From: a virus
Lineage: Duplodnaviria; Caudoviricetes
DNA length: 39,507 bases
Direction: 5' to 3' (one strand)
Virus record (IMG/VR): IMGVR_UViG_3300037851_001353
Coordinates: 1-39,507 of that record
The stretch's first letter is position 1. The number at the start of each line of letters is the position of its first letter. The translations under genes were made by a program, and so were the position numbers. Below, in pieces: positions 16,964-27,007 of this stretch. The notes under the pieces were generated by a model. That model made no database searches. It worked only from the letters and a program-made list of their open reading frames with translations, and had not been told where the DNA came from.

Positions 16964-17779
16964 TTAAAATAGTTTTGAAAGAAGTCCACCTTTAGCTGGT
17001 TGTGATACTCTTGCTGCTTCTAATTGAGCTTCTATGGCGGATTGAGAACCTCTTTCTTGAGATCCGAGACCTGCAAAGGTTAGGGCTGTACTTAATTGAC
17101 CAAATCTTTCTCTAGCCGCTTGATCTAAATTAAATTGACGTACCGCAGTTTCATTAGCTCTGGCTTGAGATACACTAGTTTCTAGTGCACCTAGACGAGA
17201 AGCTTGTCTATCTCTATCCTCTTGTATTGCTTGTCTTTGTCTAAGTAATAAATCTCTTTGAAATTCACGTTGTTGAGTACTTGTATCAGCCATGGCTCGT
17301 TGTTGTTGAGCTAGGGCTGTGCCACCACCTACTCCTGAACGAGCTTGTTGTGCACGAAGAGCTCTTTGAGCTAATTGACCTTGTCTTTGAATATTTCTTG
17401 TAGCAACGTCTTGTTGAGCTTGTAATTCTGGTCTAGAGAAGCCTTCACCTTGATTTTCTTTATCAAATTGTTGTCTTCTTGCATTTATTAAGTCTTGGAT
17501 TTCTTGACTTCGACCTTCTTCTAAACGTCCGAGTGATCCTTCTGGAATAAAGTCTTGTGCTATTCTTTTTCCGGCAGCTATGTCTTGTAATCTTTTTCCG
17601 CCTTCTATACTTCCTGAAGCCCATGGATTTTGGGCTCTAGCTTGCATAGCTTTTTCTCTTTCTTCTGGTGTTGTATCTGGATCATTAATGATCGTAGTTA
17701 AGGAGGAATAATCATATCCTCCACCATGTTTGTCTGTTTTTAAAGCTTCTGCTAGTGCTGCTGCGTTTTTTGTTGCCAT
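16964..17779 (-). CDS. Internal virion / ejection (pilot-like) protein
   Basis: Q/A/R-rich helical protein after the tail tubular genes. Confidence 0.55.
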   Translation of the reverse strand: MATKNAAALAEALKTDKHGGGYDYSSLTTIINDPDTTPEEREKAMQARAQNPWASGSIEGGKRLQDIAAGKRIAQDFIPEGSLGRLEEGRSQEIQDLINARRQQFDKENQGEGFSRPELQAQQDVATRNIQRQGQLAQRALRAQQARSGVGGGTALAQQQRAMADTSTQQREFQRDLLLRQRQAIQEDRDRQASRLGALETSVSQARANETAVRQFNLDQAARERFGQLSTALTFAGLGSQERGSQSAIEAQLEAARVSQPAKGGLLSKLF

Positions 17780-17786
17780 ATATCCT

Positions 17787-18089
17787 CTATTTAAAGAAAA
17801 TAACAGTTGCTTCTACTGTTACGGCTCCATTATTATATAAATATACGTGGTCTGTTGTCCATGTTGTAGGATCTCTAGATATTAAACCATTACCGCTTTG
17901 GCTAAGTATTAGGTATTCTTGAGGTATTACTCCTAGATCATGTCGTATTTTTACTGTTGCTCCTGCTGGTATTATAACAGAAGTTTTGAAAGATTCAAAG
18001 TTAGAAGTGAAATCTAGCCTTTTTAAACCTACGCTAAGTTCTTGAATTAATTTCTTTATATCTAGTAGGTTATTTAGATTAAACTTCAT
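17787..18089 (-). CDS. Small virion protein
   Basis: IRHDLGVIP motif; follows the nozzle gene. Confidence 0.6.
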   Translation of the reverse strand: MKFNLNNLLDIKKLIQELSVGLKRLDFTSNFESFKTSVIIPAGATVKIRHDLGVIPQEYLILSQSGNGLISRDPTTWTTDHVYLYNNGAVTVEATVIFFK

Positions 18090-18090
18090 G

Positions 18091-20574
18091 TTATTCCTTT
18101 ATAAAAGCTTCGTATGGAACGGCTATTTCCGTTTCATATCCACTTATTAAAACCCCTTCCATAGGTTCTGAGTTTTTAAAGGTCATACGTAAGGATCTAC
18201 TTTTATTTGCAATAAGTTTATGTTTTAATTCTATTTCACTAGTACTTCCCCAAGAATCGTCTCCCCAGGCATTATCCCCCCAACCTAGGGCATCTCCTGC
18301 AAAGTCTAGGGAAAAAGAGGCTACTACGTTCGGAACAAAATTTAATTCTATGTCTACGTCTAGATTGAATAGTGGTGGTTCTATTTCATAACTATCATTA
18401 GGAAGAGTAAATACTTTTAAACGTAAGAATTTTTTGAAACGTGATGGTTCATTTAAAGAGTCCCAACTTGTTTTATATATCATTTCAATTGCTGAGGCAT
18501 GATCTAAATAATCAAAGGCATTTCCATAATTATTAAAACGAGAAAGGGTATATACTGTAGTGCCTGCTGTTGCACTATTACGTCTTTCAGTAAAATAAGG
18601 AATATCATTGTATAATACTAAACCGCCTAAACAGTTTATATTTGTCCATGAAAGCCATGCATTTTTTATATAATCAAATACTAATACTAAACTCTCATCT
18701 TCATCTAGATGATTATTTACGGAATTCGATTCTATTTCTGTAGGAAGTAATATTACGTACTTATCATCATTTAGCCAGTTTAGGGCTACGGATTTTCTTA
18801 GATTATAGGTGGTTCCTGTTCTTGTAAATTCTGGTTCAACGAATAAGGACACTTCTTGCAACGTTGCTGATTCATTTATTGCAAAAACACCTTTTTTTGA
18901 TAGAAAGAATAGAGAGCCATTTACTTCTTGGATTGTGTGATGGGCTATACACCCAATATCGCCTTTATTTACTTGATCTAGGCGAAACGCATCTTCTGCA
19001 AAGTCACCTGAGGCTATGTGTAAGCTTTTGTCTTTAAATATGAAGAGGGCATTTGGTAGTGAACTTAAACCTGTAATTGTATCACCACGATTAGTATAAA
19101 CATTAAAAGAGTTGTCACCGGCAGGGAAATATTCTGCACTATCTATGTCACTGTAGTAAACAGTATTAAAAACATCTGCAATAAATAATTGATTTCTGAA
19201 AACTGTTAGGAAACGACCTTTTGGAGGTAAGCCGTGTTCTTTTATAGGTACAATATATTCAAATTGAAGATTTGCATCTGTTACGGAATCTGTGTATACT
19301 TGCGTAGCAGTAAAACTATTATTTGGTAGTTCTTCAACTAGATAGAAGGTTGTTCCACTAGCAATATTTCTATATAGACCTAAACGAAGATTATTGCTTA
19401 TTGCGGCATTATCACTTACCGTAACGGCGGCACCGGATATGGTTATAGTTGAAGCTGTGCGAGCTGTTATTTCTCTTTCAACGTAGGAGGCGGAAACTGC
19501 ATCATAAAAATATGCAGTATCTCCAACTAATAATGTGTGAGCTCCGCCGGAACCGTTGTCTACGTTTATAGTAGTGACTGCTGCTTGGGCACCGTTTACT
19601 ATCGCACATGCTGTATTAAAACCGGAGGAAGCTAGAATATTTGTTAGAGTTACGGTAGCGTTTTGTGCTGCAAGAGCTAGTGTAGCGGATTCTATGGAGG
19701 CTATGCCCTCAATAAGGTTTCCCTTTGCATCATATTGGGTTGGAACTACTATATATCTTGTGTCTGCATTTGTAATGGAACCAGCTCCTGCGGCTGCAGT
19801 AGTTGCAGTGGTCCCCTGAGGTAGTCCAGCTCTATATACATTTTGACCGTCGTATTTCATTAATTCATCATAACCTGTACCTATGTAGGCTATGTTTTGT
19901 AAATTAACTATAGAGGCGTTTGTAAAAAGTTCTTCATTTTTATTTGTGGAGGCTTGAGCGAAGGGGGAGGCTATTGGAGAGTTTACTGTAGTCCAATTAT
20001 AGTAATTTATTATGCTCGCTGTTGCGCTTAATTGTATATCTTGTACTAAGTCTATGTATGCAGCGGGGGTTGTTGTTGCTCCAGATGCGGTTGCTGTAAA
20101 ATTGGCTACGGCATTTATAGCAGTAACTAAGTCTGATATTGTAATAGGAGACGCCTCTTCCTTTCCTGTTCCTAAGGAAAAGGATAAAACTGTTGCTTGA
20201 TCTTCTACTATTGTAGCGGAAAATGTATTTAAAGTCGTATCATATGTGATAGAGAATAGAGCTATATCAGATCCACTGTATGTAAGACTTAATGTATATG
20301 TACTTAATTTATGTAATTTATCATCTACGGCTAATAATTCTTGGGTATTTACACCTGTAATTGTATTAATATTACTATAAATACCTAAGCCTAAGCCACC
20401 TTTAGTTGGTGCTTTTATTTGTTGACCATTTCTTTTTGTAATAGCTCCTGCTTTATTATAGGATGCATTTTGAATTTCCGTAGCAAAGAACGGGTCTGTC
20501 ACTAGTTCAGAAGAACGTAGATCTAGTCCTTTAAAGTTTCCGAAGGCTTTGCTAAGGATGTTACGTACAGCCAT
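18091..20574 (-). CDS. Tail tubular protein B / head stabilization (nozzle) protein
   Basis: 827 aa, beta-rich; FKGLD, GAITKRNG, ITGL..LFIFK and IGCIAHHTI motifs. Confidence 0.8.
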   Translation of the reverse strand: MAVRNILSKAFGNFKGLDLRSSELVTDPFFATEIQNASYNKAGAITKRNGQQIKAPTKGGLGLGIYSNINTITGVNTQELLAVDDKLHKLSTYTLSLTYSGSDIALFSITYDTTLNTFSATIVEDQATVLSFSLGTGKEEASPITISDLVTAINAVANFTATASGATTTPAAYIDLVQDIQLSATASIINYYNWTTVNSPIASPFAQASTNKNEELFTNASIVNLQNIAYIGTGYDELMKYDGQNVYRAGLPQGTTATTAAAGAGSITNADTRYIVVPTQYDAKGNLIEGIASIESATLALAAQNATVTLTNILASSGFNTACAIVNGAQAAVTTINVDNGSGGAHTLLVGDTAYFYDAVSASYVEREITARTASTITISGAAVTVSDNAAISNNLRLGLYRNIASGTTFYLVEELPNNSFTATQVYTDSVTDANLQFEYIVPIKEHGLPPKGRFLTVFRNQLFIADVFNTVYYSDIDSAEYFPAGDNSFNVYTNRGDTITGLSSLPNALFIFKDKSLHIASGDFAEDAFRLDQVNKGDIGCIAHHTIQEVNGSLFFLSKKGVFAINESATLQEVSLFVEPEFTRTGTTYNLRKSVALNWLNDDKYVILLPTEIESNSVNNHLDEDESLVLVFDYIKNAWLSWTNINCLGGLVLYNDIPYFTERRNSATAGTTVYTLSRFNNYGNAFDYLDHASAIEMIYKTSWDSLNEPSRFKKFLRLKVFTLPNDSYEIEPPLFNLDVDIELNFVPNVVASFSLDFAGDALGWGDNAWGDDSWGSTSEIELKHKLIANKSRSLRMTFKNSEPMEGVLISGYETEIAVPYEAFIKE

Positions 20575-21503
20575 TAAATATCCCAGGATTGTAATATAGG
20601 AATTGTTACAATATCATCTTCTATTTCTGCATATGTTGCGGCTATTTCACGCTCCATATTAATTAATTCTTCGTTTTGTTCAGTTATATCTATAGAGCTA
20701 TCTCTAGCCATAAGTTTATATGTAGAGTAGGCTATAATATATCTTTCGCAGTTTCTTTGATATTCACTATGGCTTGAGGTGTCTAGACCACCTACTATAT
20801 AGTCTCCAACAGAAATAGATTCACCATCTTCAAATGTAAAGCCGGATGAAATGGTTACTATTCCTGTTGAGCTATCTATTGAGTCAAAAGGTATATTTGC
20901 CATAGTAATATTGCCTTCTCTATCTACTACACATAGGTGTTCATGTTCAGAGAGAGAGGTACTATCTAGGGGTGGATTTCCTCCTGTATCTATAATTAGA
21001 GAAGTTATAGAGGAACCGCTTGTTATGGCAGTAGAAATAACACCTCTTCTCTTATCTACTTCATTAATTCTTTTTATATAAGATATGCGAACCTTAGATT
21101 GACTTGTTTGTGGTATAGGGTTTAATAGAAACTTTTCGCTCCTGCGAATATAGAATAGTGGATTTCCTTGAATATCGGATGTTCTATTTCTTAATATTCC
21201 TCGTTCTAGAGGTCTATAATCTCTATCTAAGCCGGTTTCTGAGTATTCAATTAAAGTAATTTTATTTCCTAAATAGCAATCTGATGGAATACTATACTCT
21301 TCTTGTCCGGCTACACATGGAATAACCTTTTCTTTAATAAATACATTTGGATGTTGTGTTAGAATTACTGTTTGTAATCTATGTAATCCATTATTTACAT
21401 ATTCTAAAATTTCATCATCGGAAATACCGGATGTAGAGGTAAATTCTTGATTTTCACTTTGACGGCGAATTTGTGTAATTAGGAGATCAACACGACGTAA
21501 CAT
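20574..21503 (-). CDS. Tail tubular protein A / adaptor
   Basis: GAGGT SD before MLRRVDLL at 21503; SDDEILEYVN, GQEEYSIPSD and GNPLFY motifs. Confidence 0.7.
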   Translation of the reverse strand: MLRRVDLLITQIRRQSENQEFTSTSGISDDEILEYVNNGLHRLQTVILTQHPNVFIKEKVIPCVAGQEEYSIPSDCYLGNKITLIEYSETGLDRDYRPLERGILRNRTSDIQGNPLFYIRRSEKFLLNPIPQTSQSKVRISYIKRINEVDKRRGVISTAITSGSSITSLIIDTGGNPPLDSTSLSEHEHLCVVDREGNITMANIPFDSIDSSTGIVTISSGFTFEDGESISVGDYIVGGLDTSSHSEYQRNCERYIIAYSTYKLMARDSSIDITEQNEELINMEREIAATYAEIEDDIVTIPILQSWDI

Positions 21504-21511
21504 TATTACCT

Positions 21512-21931
21512 CTATCTGGTAAAGGATCCGCGGAGGCTTCCTATTAGGTTTTGCAATATAGCTGCTTGTTGTGATCCGGCAGATTCTTGAATTTGCCCTA
21601 TTGCACGCCATTTATCTGCTTCTATTCTTCTTCTCTCAGCTCTTCTATTTGCCTCATTACTTGCAAGAGCTCCCACTACGCCTAGAGTGGCACCCGCTGC
21701 AGCTCCTACAGGACCACCTAGTGTTAAGCCTGCGGCTGCTCCAGAAAGACCGGAACTTACTGGTGAAGATGAGGATCCTATTTTACTAGCTAGAGATGCG
21801 GCAGCACCTAATTTTTGATCTAGTGAAGGACTAGAAACTTCCGGTTGTTGAGAAGATTCTGATTGTAATGCTTCTACTTCTGTAGTCGGCTGTTTTCTAC
21901 GTTTTTGGTCCATTATGGATGCCATTGCCAT
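21512..21931 (-). CDS. Small Gly/Ala-rich internal virion protein
   Basis: GAAAGLTLGGPVGAAAGATLG glycine zipper. Confidence 0.55.
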   Translation of the reverse strand: MAMASIMDQKRRKQPTTEVEALQSESSQQPEVSSPSLDQKLGAAASLASKIGSSSSPVSSGLSGAAAGLTLGGPVGAAAGATLGVVGALASNEANRRAERRRIEADKWRAIGQIQESAGSQQAAILQNLIGSLRGSFTR

Positions 21932-21933
21932 AT

Positions 21934-22548
21934 TTATACTCCTGTAGATACGGAAAGGAAATACATATTACTTGAGGTGTGACCGGCTAGATTAGTACTT
22001 GTATATTGTAATGCACCACCGGCGGTTACGGAAAATAGAATGCCTGCATCATTTATAAATTCATGTGAAGAATGCCACGAGGCTCCATCCCATCTCAAAA
22101 AAATTTCACCTATTTGAGTTATATCAGTTGTTGCATCTCTATATATTGCATATTCTACTTTGAAGGAACGAGCATAAGAATTGGATACGGAAATACCTGT
22201 ATTTGTAAAAGAACTTATATTATTACTTAGTGCAACTGTACGGGCACTGTGTAGATGTGGTGCAATTTGCAGGTGGTCGTTTGTATTTAATTTTATTGTA
22301 TCTACATCGGCATTACTGGCGGCATTTCTTGCTCGTAAATAGAAGTTGTTTCTTAGCCTCAACTTTGCATCTGTAACTGCATCATCAACTAAGGCACCGG
22401 TACCTAATTGATTACCTTTACCTCCTGCTGTGTGGTCGTGCTCACTAATTTTTTGCCATGTGTCTGTTCTTAGTGTCTCTTCATAGTTTTTTGTACCGCG
22501 AGTTGGACTTTTTATTGTAAGACCAGATGTATATGTAATAAATGGCAT
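21934..22548 (-). CDS. Tail fibre-associated protein
   Basis: ISEHDHTAGGKG and DAVTDAKL motifs; C-terminal domain similar to 24435-24833. Confidence 0.6.
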   Translation of the reverse strand: MPFITYTSGLTIKSPTRGTKNYEETLRTDTWQKISEHDHTAGGKGNQLGTGALVDDAVTDAKLRLRNNFYLRARNAASNADVDTIKLNTNDHLQIAPHLHSARTVALSNNISSFTNTGISVSNSYARSFKVEYAIYRDATTDITQIGEIFLRWDGASWHSSHEFINDAGILFSVTAGGALQYTSTNLAGHTSSNMYFLSVSTGV

Positions 22549-22557
22549 TTAATACCT

Positions 22558-22998
22558 CTATTTCTTAGTTTCTTGCATTTTTTTGATTAATAAATCTCGA
22601 ACTCCAGAAGAGAATTTTTGTTTTTCTTCCATACTTTTTAATTGTCCTATAGCTTGAGAAAATTCTTTTTCTTTGCCAAAACGTTTAAGTAAGGCGTGAA
22701 CTGATGCTTCGGCACCTTTTGCAATATTACCTATTTCTTTTCCAGGAATTTGCTGTCCAATTTTTTTAGCGGCGGCTAAGATTGGACCTTTTGCGGTATT
22801 TATTATTGGACCGGCTGCAAGGGTTGTGGCTGTTTCCATTGCTACGCCTGTAGGATCTTGTTGTATTTGTCCTTGTGTAGGAATACCTAGAACTCGTACT
22901 TCTCCTAGTCCGGTCTCTTCTTCTCGAAGACGTTGAACATATTCACTTTCGCTTTGAGGTCTTTCTTTTTTTCTTATTTTTTGCACCAAATACTTCAT
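22558..22998 (-). CDS. Hypothetical protein
   Basis: Coupled ORF in late operon. Confidence 0.65.
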   Translation of the reverse strand: MKYLVQKIRKKERPQSESEYVQRLREEETGLGEVRVLGIPTQGQIQQDPTGVAMETATTLAAGPIINTAKGPILAAAKKIGQQIPGKEIGNIAKGAEASVHALLKRFGKEKEFSQAIGQLKSMEEKQKFSSGVRDLLIKKMQETKK

Positions 22999-23390
22999 GG
23001 TTTAAATATCCTTTTACCGGATTTTGGGGGGACGCATTGAAAGTGTACCCAAGTAGGTGTTGCGCTCTTATCCTCTAAGTATAGATTTGCGGCTTCTAGA
23101 TCTTTCATATTTGCTATGCACCATAGCCATAAAGAGCCGTCCTTATCTGCCATATCTACGGCTTGACCGGATAGATGTTTACTACCTAAGGGTATTTTAC
23201 TCTCTTCTATTCCTTTTTTCAAGTATATAGCTTTGTGTCTTTCTAGGTCTCTTAAACCACTAGTAATGATTAACTTTAGTGGACACTTGGTTAGACCTTT
23301 ATTTATACATGAGGCTAGGGTTGCTAGATTACTCATCTGTGCAGCATTTACGGGGAACTTGTGGGGATTGAAGTCCTGCCACTTAAACAA
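22995..23390 (-). CDS. Peptidase M15-family endolysin
   Basis: ITSGLR, SKHLSGQAVD and WVH Zn-peptidase motifs. Confidence 0.85.
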   Translation of the reverse strand: MFKWQDFNPHKFPVNAAQMSNLATLASCINKGLTKCPLKLIITSGLRDLERHKAIYLKKGIEESKIPLGSKHLSGQAVDMADKDGSLWLWCIANMKDLEAANLYLEDKSATPTWVHFQCVPPKSGKRIFKP

Positions 23391-23523
23391 TTTCTTGCTC
23401 TATAATTTCGTAGTTATTTTCTAAATCCCATCCTGTAGGGATTATTACTTGATTTATAGAAAGTCTATCTTGAATAAATAGAATTAATTGATCACTAACT
23501 CTTTTTACTAAAAATCGTTTCAT
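23383..23523 (-). CDS. 46-aa protein after tail fibre (possible chaperone)
   Basis: Hand translation MKRFLVKRVSDQLILFIQDRLS...; fills the gap. Confidence 0.5.
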   Translation of the reverse strand: MKRFLVKRVSDQLILFIQDRLSINQVIIPTGWDLENNYEIIEQEIV

Positions 23524-23524
23524 A

Positions 23525-24421
23525 TTAATTTCCTAATCTATGTATTGACACTGTATTTACTACATCATCTGCTGAAAGGCTTAAAGACGCACCACTATTT
23601 TGTCTAGCAACAATTTCTATATAGTCTGTAGCTGCTAGGCTTACTGTATCTGTAGCTACAATTACTACGCTATTTGAATGTCCTGCCTGTTGTGTATTTT
23701 CTACATCTTTTTGTGAAGATCCGTTTTTTCTAATTTTTATAGTTGCTGTTTCCCCTGAAGCCCAGCCTCCTCCTGATGTAAATTTAATCATTGCTTCTAC
23801 TAAATATTTTCCAGCTTCTGGTGCAGTAAATTTCCATGAAGCTCCTGTAGTTACAGCGTTATGTGTATCAAAGTCTTTAGTTCCAAAATCTACTACAGTG
23901 TCAGTTGCATTTGGTATAGATTGTCCTGCGGCTGTTTTGCAACGAGTTGCTATATCATAGTCTTTAGATACAGAAAACCAATTTGAACCGTTACATGTAA
24001 TTACAATTGAATCATATTGGGATCCAAGTAATTTAGTTGTTGTTCCGTCTATAGTTTCGCTGGAGTTTCCGTCGATAGTAACTATATTTGTTGAGGAATC
24101 TATTTTAGTTATATAAAAAGTTAAACCTGTATTGCCCGAAGCAGCCGGTAATGTTAATGTAAAAGCTCCGCCAGAAGCGTCTGCTAGGATAATTTGATCT
24201 GTTGTAGTAAGTGTATATGTAGTAGTTTTTGTTGATTGAGCTAAAACACTTGAGGAAGCAGCTAGTTGAATCCATATGGATCCATTATATTGCCATAAAC
24301 CTAGGGCTCTTGGGGTTCCATCAGAAAAGAAAATGTCTCCACTTACCGGGGAAGACGGATCTGTACTACGTGGTACTAGGCGGAAGCCGCCATCTTGGAT
24401 ATTACGAAAATTTGTTGCCAT
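23525..24421 (-). CDS. Tail fibre / receptor-binding protein with C1q-like C-terminus
   Basis: AGGAG SD before MATNF at 24421; DASGGAFTLTLPAA shoulder-like motif; FTAPEAGKYLV...LAATDYIEI. Confidence 0.75.
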   Translation of the reverse strand: MATNFRNIQDGGFRLVPRSTDPSSPVSGDIFFSDGTPRALGLWQYNGSIWIQLAASSSVLAQSTKTTTYTLTTTDQIILADASGGAFTLTLPAASGNTGLTFYITKIDSSTNIVTIDGNSSETIDGTTTKLLGSQYDSIVITCNGSNWFSVSKDYDIATRCKTAAGQSIPNATDTVVDFGTKDFDTHNAVTTGASWKFTAPEAGKYLVEAMIKFTSGGGWASGETATIKIRKNGSSQKDVENTQQAGHSNSVVIVATDTVSLAATDYIEIVARQNSGASLSLSADDVVNTVSIHRLGN

Positions 24422-24434
24422 AAAAAAACTCCTA

Positions 24435-24833
24435 TTAAGCGTCCGTAGCCGTAGCAGAGTATTTAAATACACTAGATACAAAGCCACTTACGTTAGTGCT
24501 GGTATATTGGACTTGACCAGCAGAGGTTATTGAAAATATTACGCCAGTAACGTCACCAGTATATTCTGAGGACATTTCCCAGCTAGAACTTTTTTGAATT
24601 GCATTTAATTTAAAGATAGCAAAAAGATCACTTGTTGCGTCTATAGCAACAGAAATTGTAATTTCCGCGGCTCTAAAAGAGCTATTTGCAAAGGAGAGAC
24701 CTGTGACGTTTGTGGCGGATGATTGGTTATTTGCTGCGTTAAAGGTGTTTGTGATTACCTTAACATCAGAGTAGTCTAGGTTCTTTTTAAGTAATTTAGC
24801 ATCATTACCTGCCCATATAAGAGGACTAGACAT
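24435..24833 (-). CDS. Virion structural protein
   Basis: S/T-rich beta protein; similar to C-terminus of 21934-22548. Confidence 0.6.
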   Translation of the reverse strand: MSSPLIWAGNDAKLLKKNLDYSDVKVITNTFNAANNQSSATNVTGLSFANSSFRAAEITISVAIDATSDLFAIFKLNAIQKSSSWEMSSEYTGDVTGVIFSITSAGQVQYTSTNVSGFVSSVFKYSATATDA

Positions 24834-25260
24834 TTGAAGACTCCTTTAAATATTGTATAGCATTATTTAAAATATCTATAGAGTCTTTAGCTTTACCTAA
24901 TAGATGATTACAATTCATACAAAGTAATCCTCTTATTTTTCCAGATAGGTGACAATGGTCTACTGCTAATGATCTATTAAATTCTGATGCATGTTTAAAA
25001 CATATATTACAGCGCCCCTTTTGGGCTTCAAATATATTATTATAATCTTTAATAGTTATTCCATAATTAAGTTTATAACTAGAATTTCTTTTTATATCAG
25101 GACGTTCGATAGGTCTAATTTTTTTTCTACATTCTTTACATTTAGAAGATTTTCCATTCTTTCCATCCCAATCTTTCCAAAAACAATCCCACGACTTATA
25201 CACTAAGCATCGGGTACACTCTCTTCCTTTATCATCAAAAAATGATGTACAAGCCGCCAT
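24826..25260 (-). CDS. Endonuclease VII-like (His-Me) homing endonuclease
   Basis: YGIT...QKGRCNIC, LAVDHCH..GKIRGLLCMNCN; N-terminal CTRC/CKEC. Confidence 0.9.
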   Translation of the reverse strand: MAACTSFFDDKGRECTRCLVYKSWDCFWKDWDGKNGKSSKCKECRKKIRPIERPDIKRNSSYKLNYGITIKDYNNIFEAQKGRCNICFKHASEFNRSLAVDHCHLSGKIRGLLCMNCNHLLGKAKDSIDILNNAIQYLKESSNV

Positions 25261-25270
25261 AATTTATGAC

Positions 25271-26938
25271 CTACTTAAATAAATTGATTGAAATTTCGCC
25301 AACAGTAGCTGAGGCGGATACGGCTCTAATTGAGATGCGTGTACCAGCAGGGATTGTTATTTCTACATCTCCATTACCGCCAGGAAAGACTAGAAAACGA
25401 TCTACTTCCGATGCAGCTGCGCCCGTAGCAATTTTTAAAGTTTGACCAGAGGAATCAAATATTTGCATTTTTTTGACAGCGAAAGCTGTAGAGGCAATGA
25501 GTTCTACATATGCTCCTGTAGTAACGTTTGTAGAGGAGTAATCATTTCTTACAAACTCAGCAGTATCTAAAAGAGCAACTGTTGCTGTTACTGTAGAACC
25601 GGAAACGTCTACTTTATCGGTTGCAAAGACTAGGTCTCTTACGTCTAAGTTTGTGGCACTTACAGTTACGGAACCATCTATTGTAAGAGAACCGCCGCCA
25701 TCTGTTACGGCTATGGAGTCTGTACTAGATGATAGATCTCTTATGTCTAAATTAGTTGCTGTTACGGTAACTGAGGAACCACTTACATCTACTTTGTCTG
25801 TAGCGAAAACTAAATCTCTTACATCAAGGTCTGTAGCGGAGACAGTTACAGAGCCATCTACAGTTATTGATCCACCGCCATCTGTTATGGATACGGAATC
25901 TGTAGATGAGGATAGATCTCTTATATCTAAGTTTGTGGCAGTGACTGTGACTGAAGAGCCAGAGACATCAACCTTATCTGTAGCAAAAACTAGGTCGCGA
26001 ATATCTAAGTCTGTAGAACTTACGGTTAGAGAACCATCTACTGTGATGGAACCGCCTCCGTCTGTAACTGCAATACTATCGGTTGCGGAAGAGAGGTCTC
26101 TTATATCTAGGTTAGTAGCCGAAACTGTAACTGAGGAGCCGCTTACATCTACTTTATCAGATGCAAAGACCAGATCGCGTACGTCTAAATTTGTAGCAGA
26201 GACCGGTACGGGGGTCGCTCTTAATTCCGCATCAGTTAGTGGACCAGTAACTGCAATAGAAGCGTTATTTATTGTTACATCACCAATATCTACGCCCGGT
26301 TGAGCTGTAGCGAGAACATTAAGTTCGCCGGCAGCTGTTACAAGAGCTATATCTGTACCATCTCCAATACGTACTGAATCATTTGTATGAGATAGAGATA
26401 CGTTTAGATCATTTGCAGTAATTGTTATGTCGCCAGTTACTCCAGTTAATTTTACTGGTAAAGGTCTATTATTGGCTGGCGTAATTGTGTCTTCAGTAAC
26501 TGTTGTAGTGACGGCATCACGTGTAAAAGAGACAGGACCCGGAGAACTTGTAACTGGTATAGATCCATCACTATTAATTACAGGGTATTTGTGTCTTAAG
26601 ATTTGAAAAGTAACGGCTGTGGCTAGGGCGGCGTCTAGTTGTTCTGCAAGAGTTATTGTATCAGTAGATACGGACATTACTTTTAACTCGCGTCCGGATT
26701 GTGCGCCACTAGTTACGCGAATTACGTCACCAATTTGGGCTACGTGAGCTGTTGCATTAATTACGTTTACCGTGCTATTCGCTTCAACAGCATCTGTGCC
26801 TACAGAGTAGACATATTGGTGAGCTAGTACCGTAAGTCCATGTTGGTTTTCACGAATTGGTTCACCGGTCATATGGATAGATTCGGCGCCAAGACGTAGA
26901 TCACGTTTCTTTGAAGGATAACCTTTTTGTGAACTCAC
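25271..26938 (-). CDS. Repeat-containing fibre/spike protein
   Basis: T/S/V/D-rich, internal 60-aa repeats; GGAG SD before GTG. Confidence 0.75.
   Translation of the reverse strand: MSSQKGYPSKKRDLRLGAESIHMTGEPIRENQHGLTVLAHQYVYSVGTDAVEANSTVNVINATAHVAQIGDVIRVTSGAQSGRELKVMSVSTDTITLAEQLDAALATAVTFQILRHKYPVINSDGSIPVTSSPGPVSFTRDAVTTTVTEDTITPANNRPLPVKLTGVTGDITITANDLNVSLSHTNDSVRIGDGTDIALVTAAGELNVLATAQPGVDIGDVTINNASIAVTGPLTDAELRATPVPVSATNLDVRDLVFASDKVDVSGSSVTVSATNLDIRDLSSATDSIAVTDGGGSITVDGSLTVSSTDLDIRDLVFATDKVDVSGSSVTVTATNLDIRDLSSSTDSVSITDGGGSITVDGSVTVSATDLDVRDLVFATDKVDVSGSSVTVTATNLDIRDLSSSTDSIAVTDGGGSLTIDGSVTVSATNLDVRDLVFATDKVDVSGSTVTATVALLDTAEFVRNDYSSTNVTTGAYVELIASTAFAVKKMQIFDSSGQTLKIATGAAASEVDRFLVFPGGNGDVEITIPAGTRISIRAVSASATVGEISINLFK
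25580..26197 (-). repeat. 180-bp-period coding tandem repeat (~3.4 copies)
   Basis: Alternating 26-aa and 34-aa units, each starting (A/S)T(N/D)LD(I/V)RDL. Confidence 0.9.
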
Positions 26939-26979
26939 TGATACTCCTCTTTTGGGGTAGGAAAAATAATTATATACTT

Positions 26980-27007
26980 ATTATAATGGTGTTTTTAATA
27001 ATGTCAA
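26980..27007 (-). promoter_or_regulatory. Consensus sigma-70 promoter internal to the late arm
   Basis: TTGACA (27007-27002), 16 nt spacer, TATAAT (26985-26980). Confidence 0.7.

Noticed and set aside
21504-24487. Long N-terminal extensions in track ORFs 20574..21611 and 23525..24487 (also 36598..38052)
   Set aside because: They overlap upstream genes. Downstream ATGs at 21503 and 24421 have SDs, and 38022 abuts the clpP stop.
25580-26197. Possible CRISPR array or DGR template/variable repeats
   Set aside because: Repeats are in-frame coding with synonymous divergence; no unique spacers, cas genes or reverse transcriptase.
25653-26303. 216-aa + strand ORF with repeats
   Set aside because: Antisense shadow of the repeat fibre gene; no SD, and explained by codon bias.
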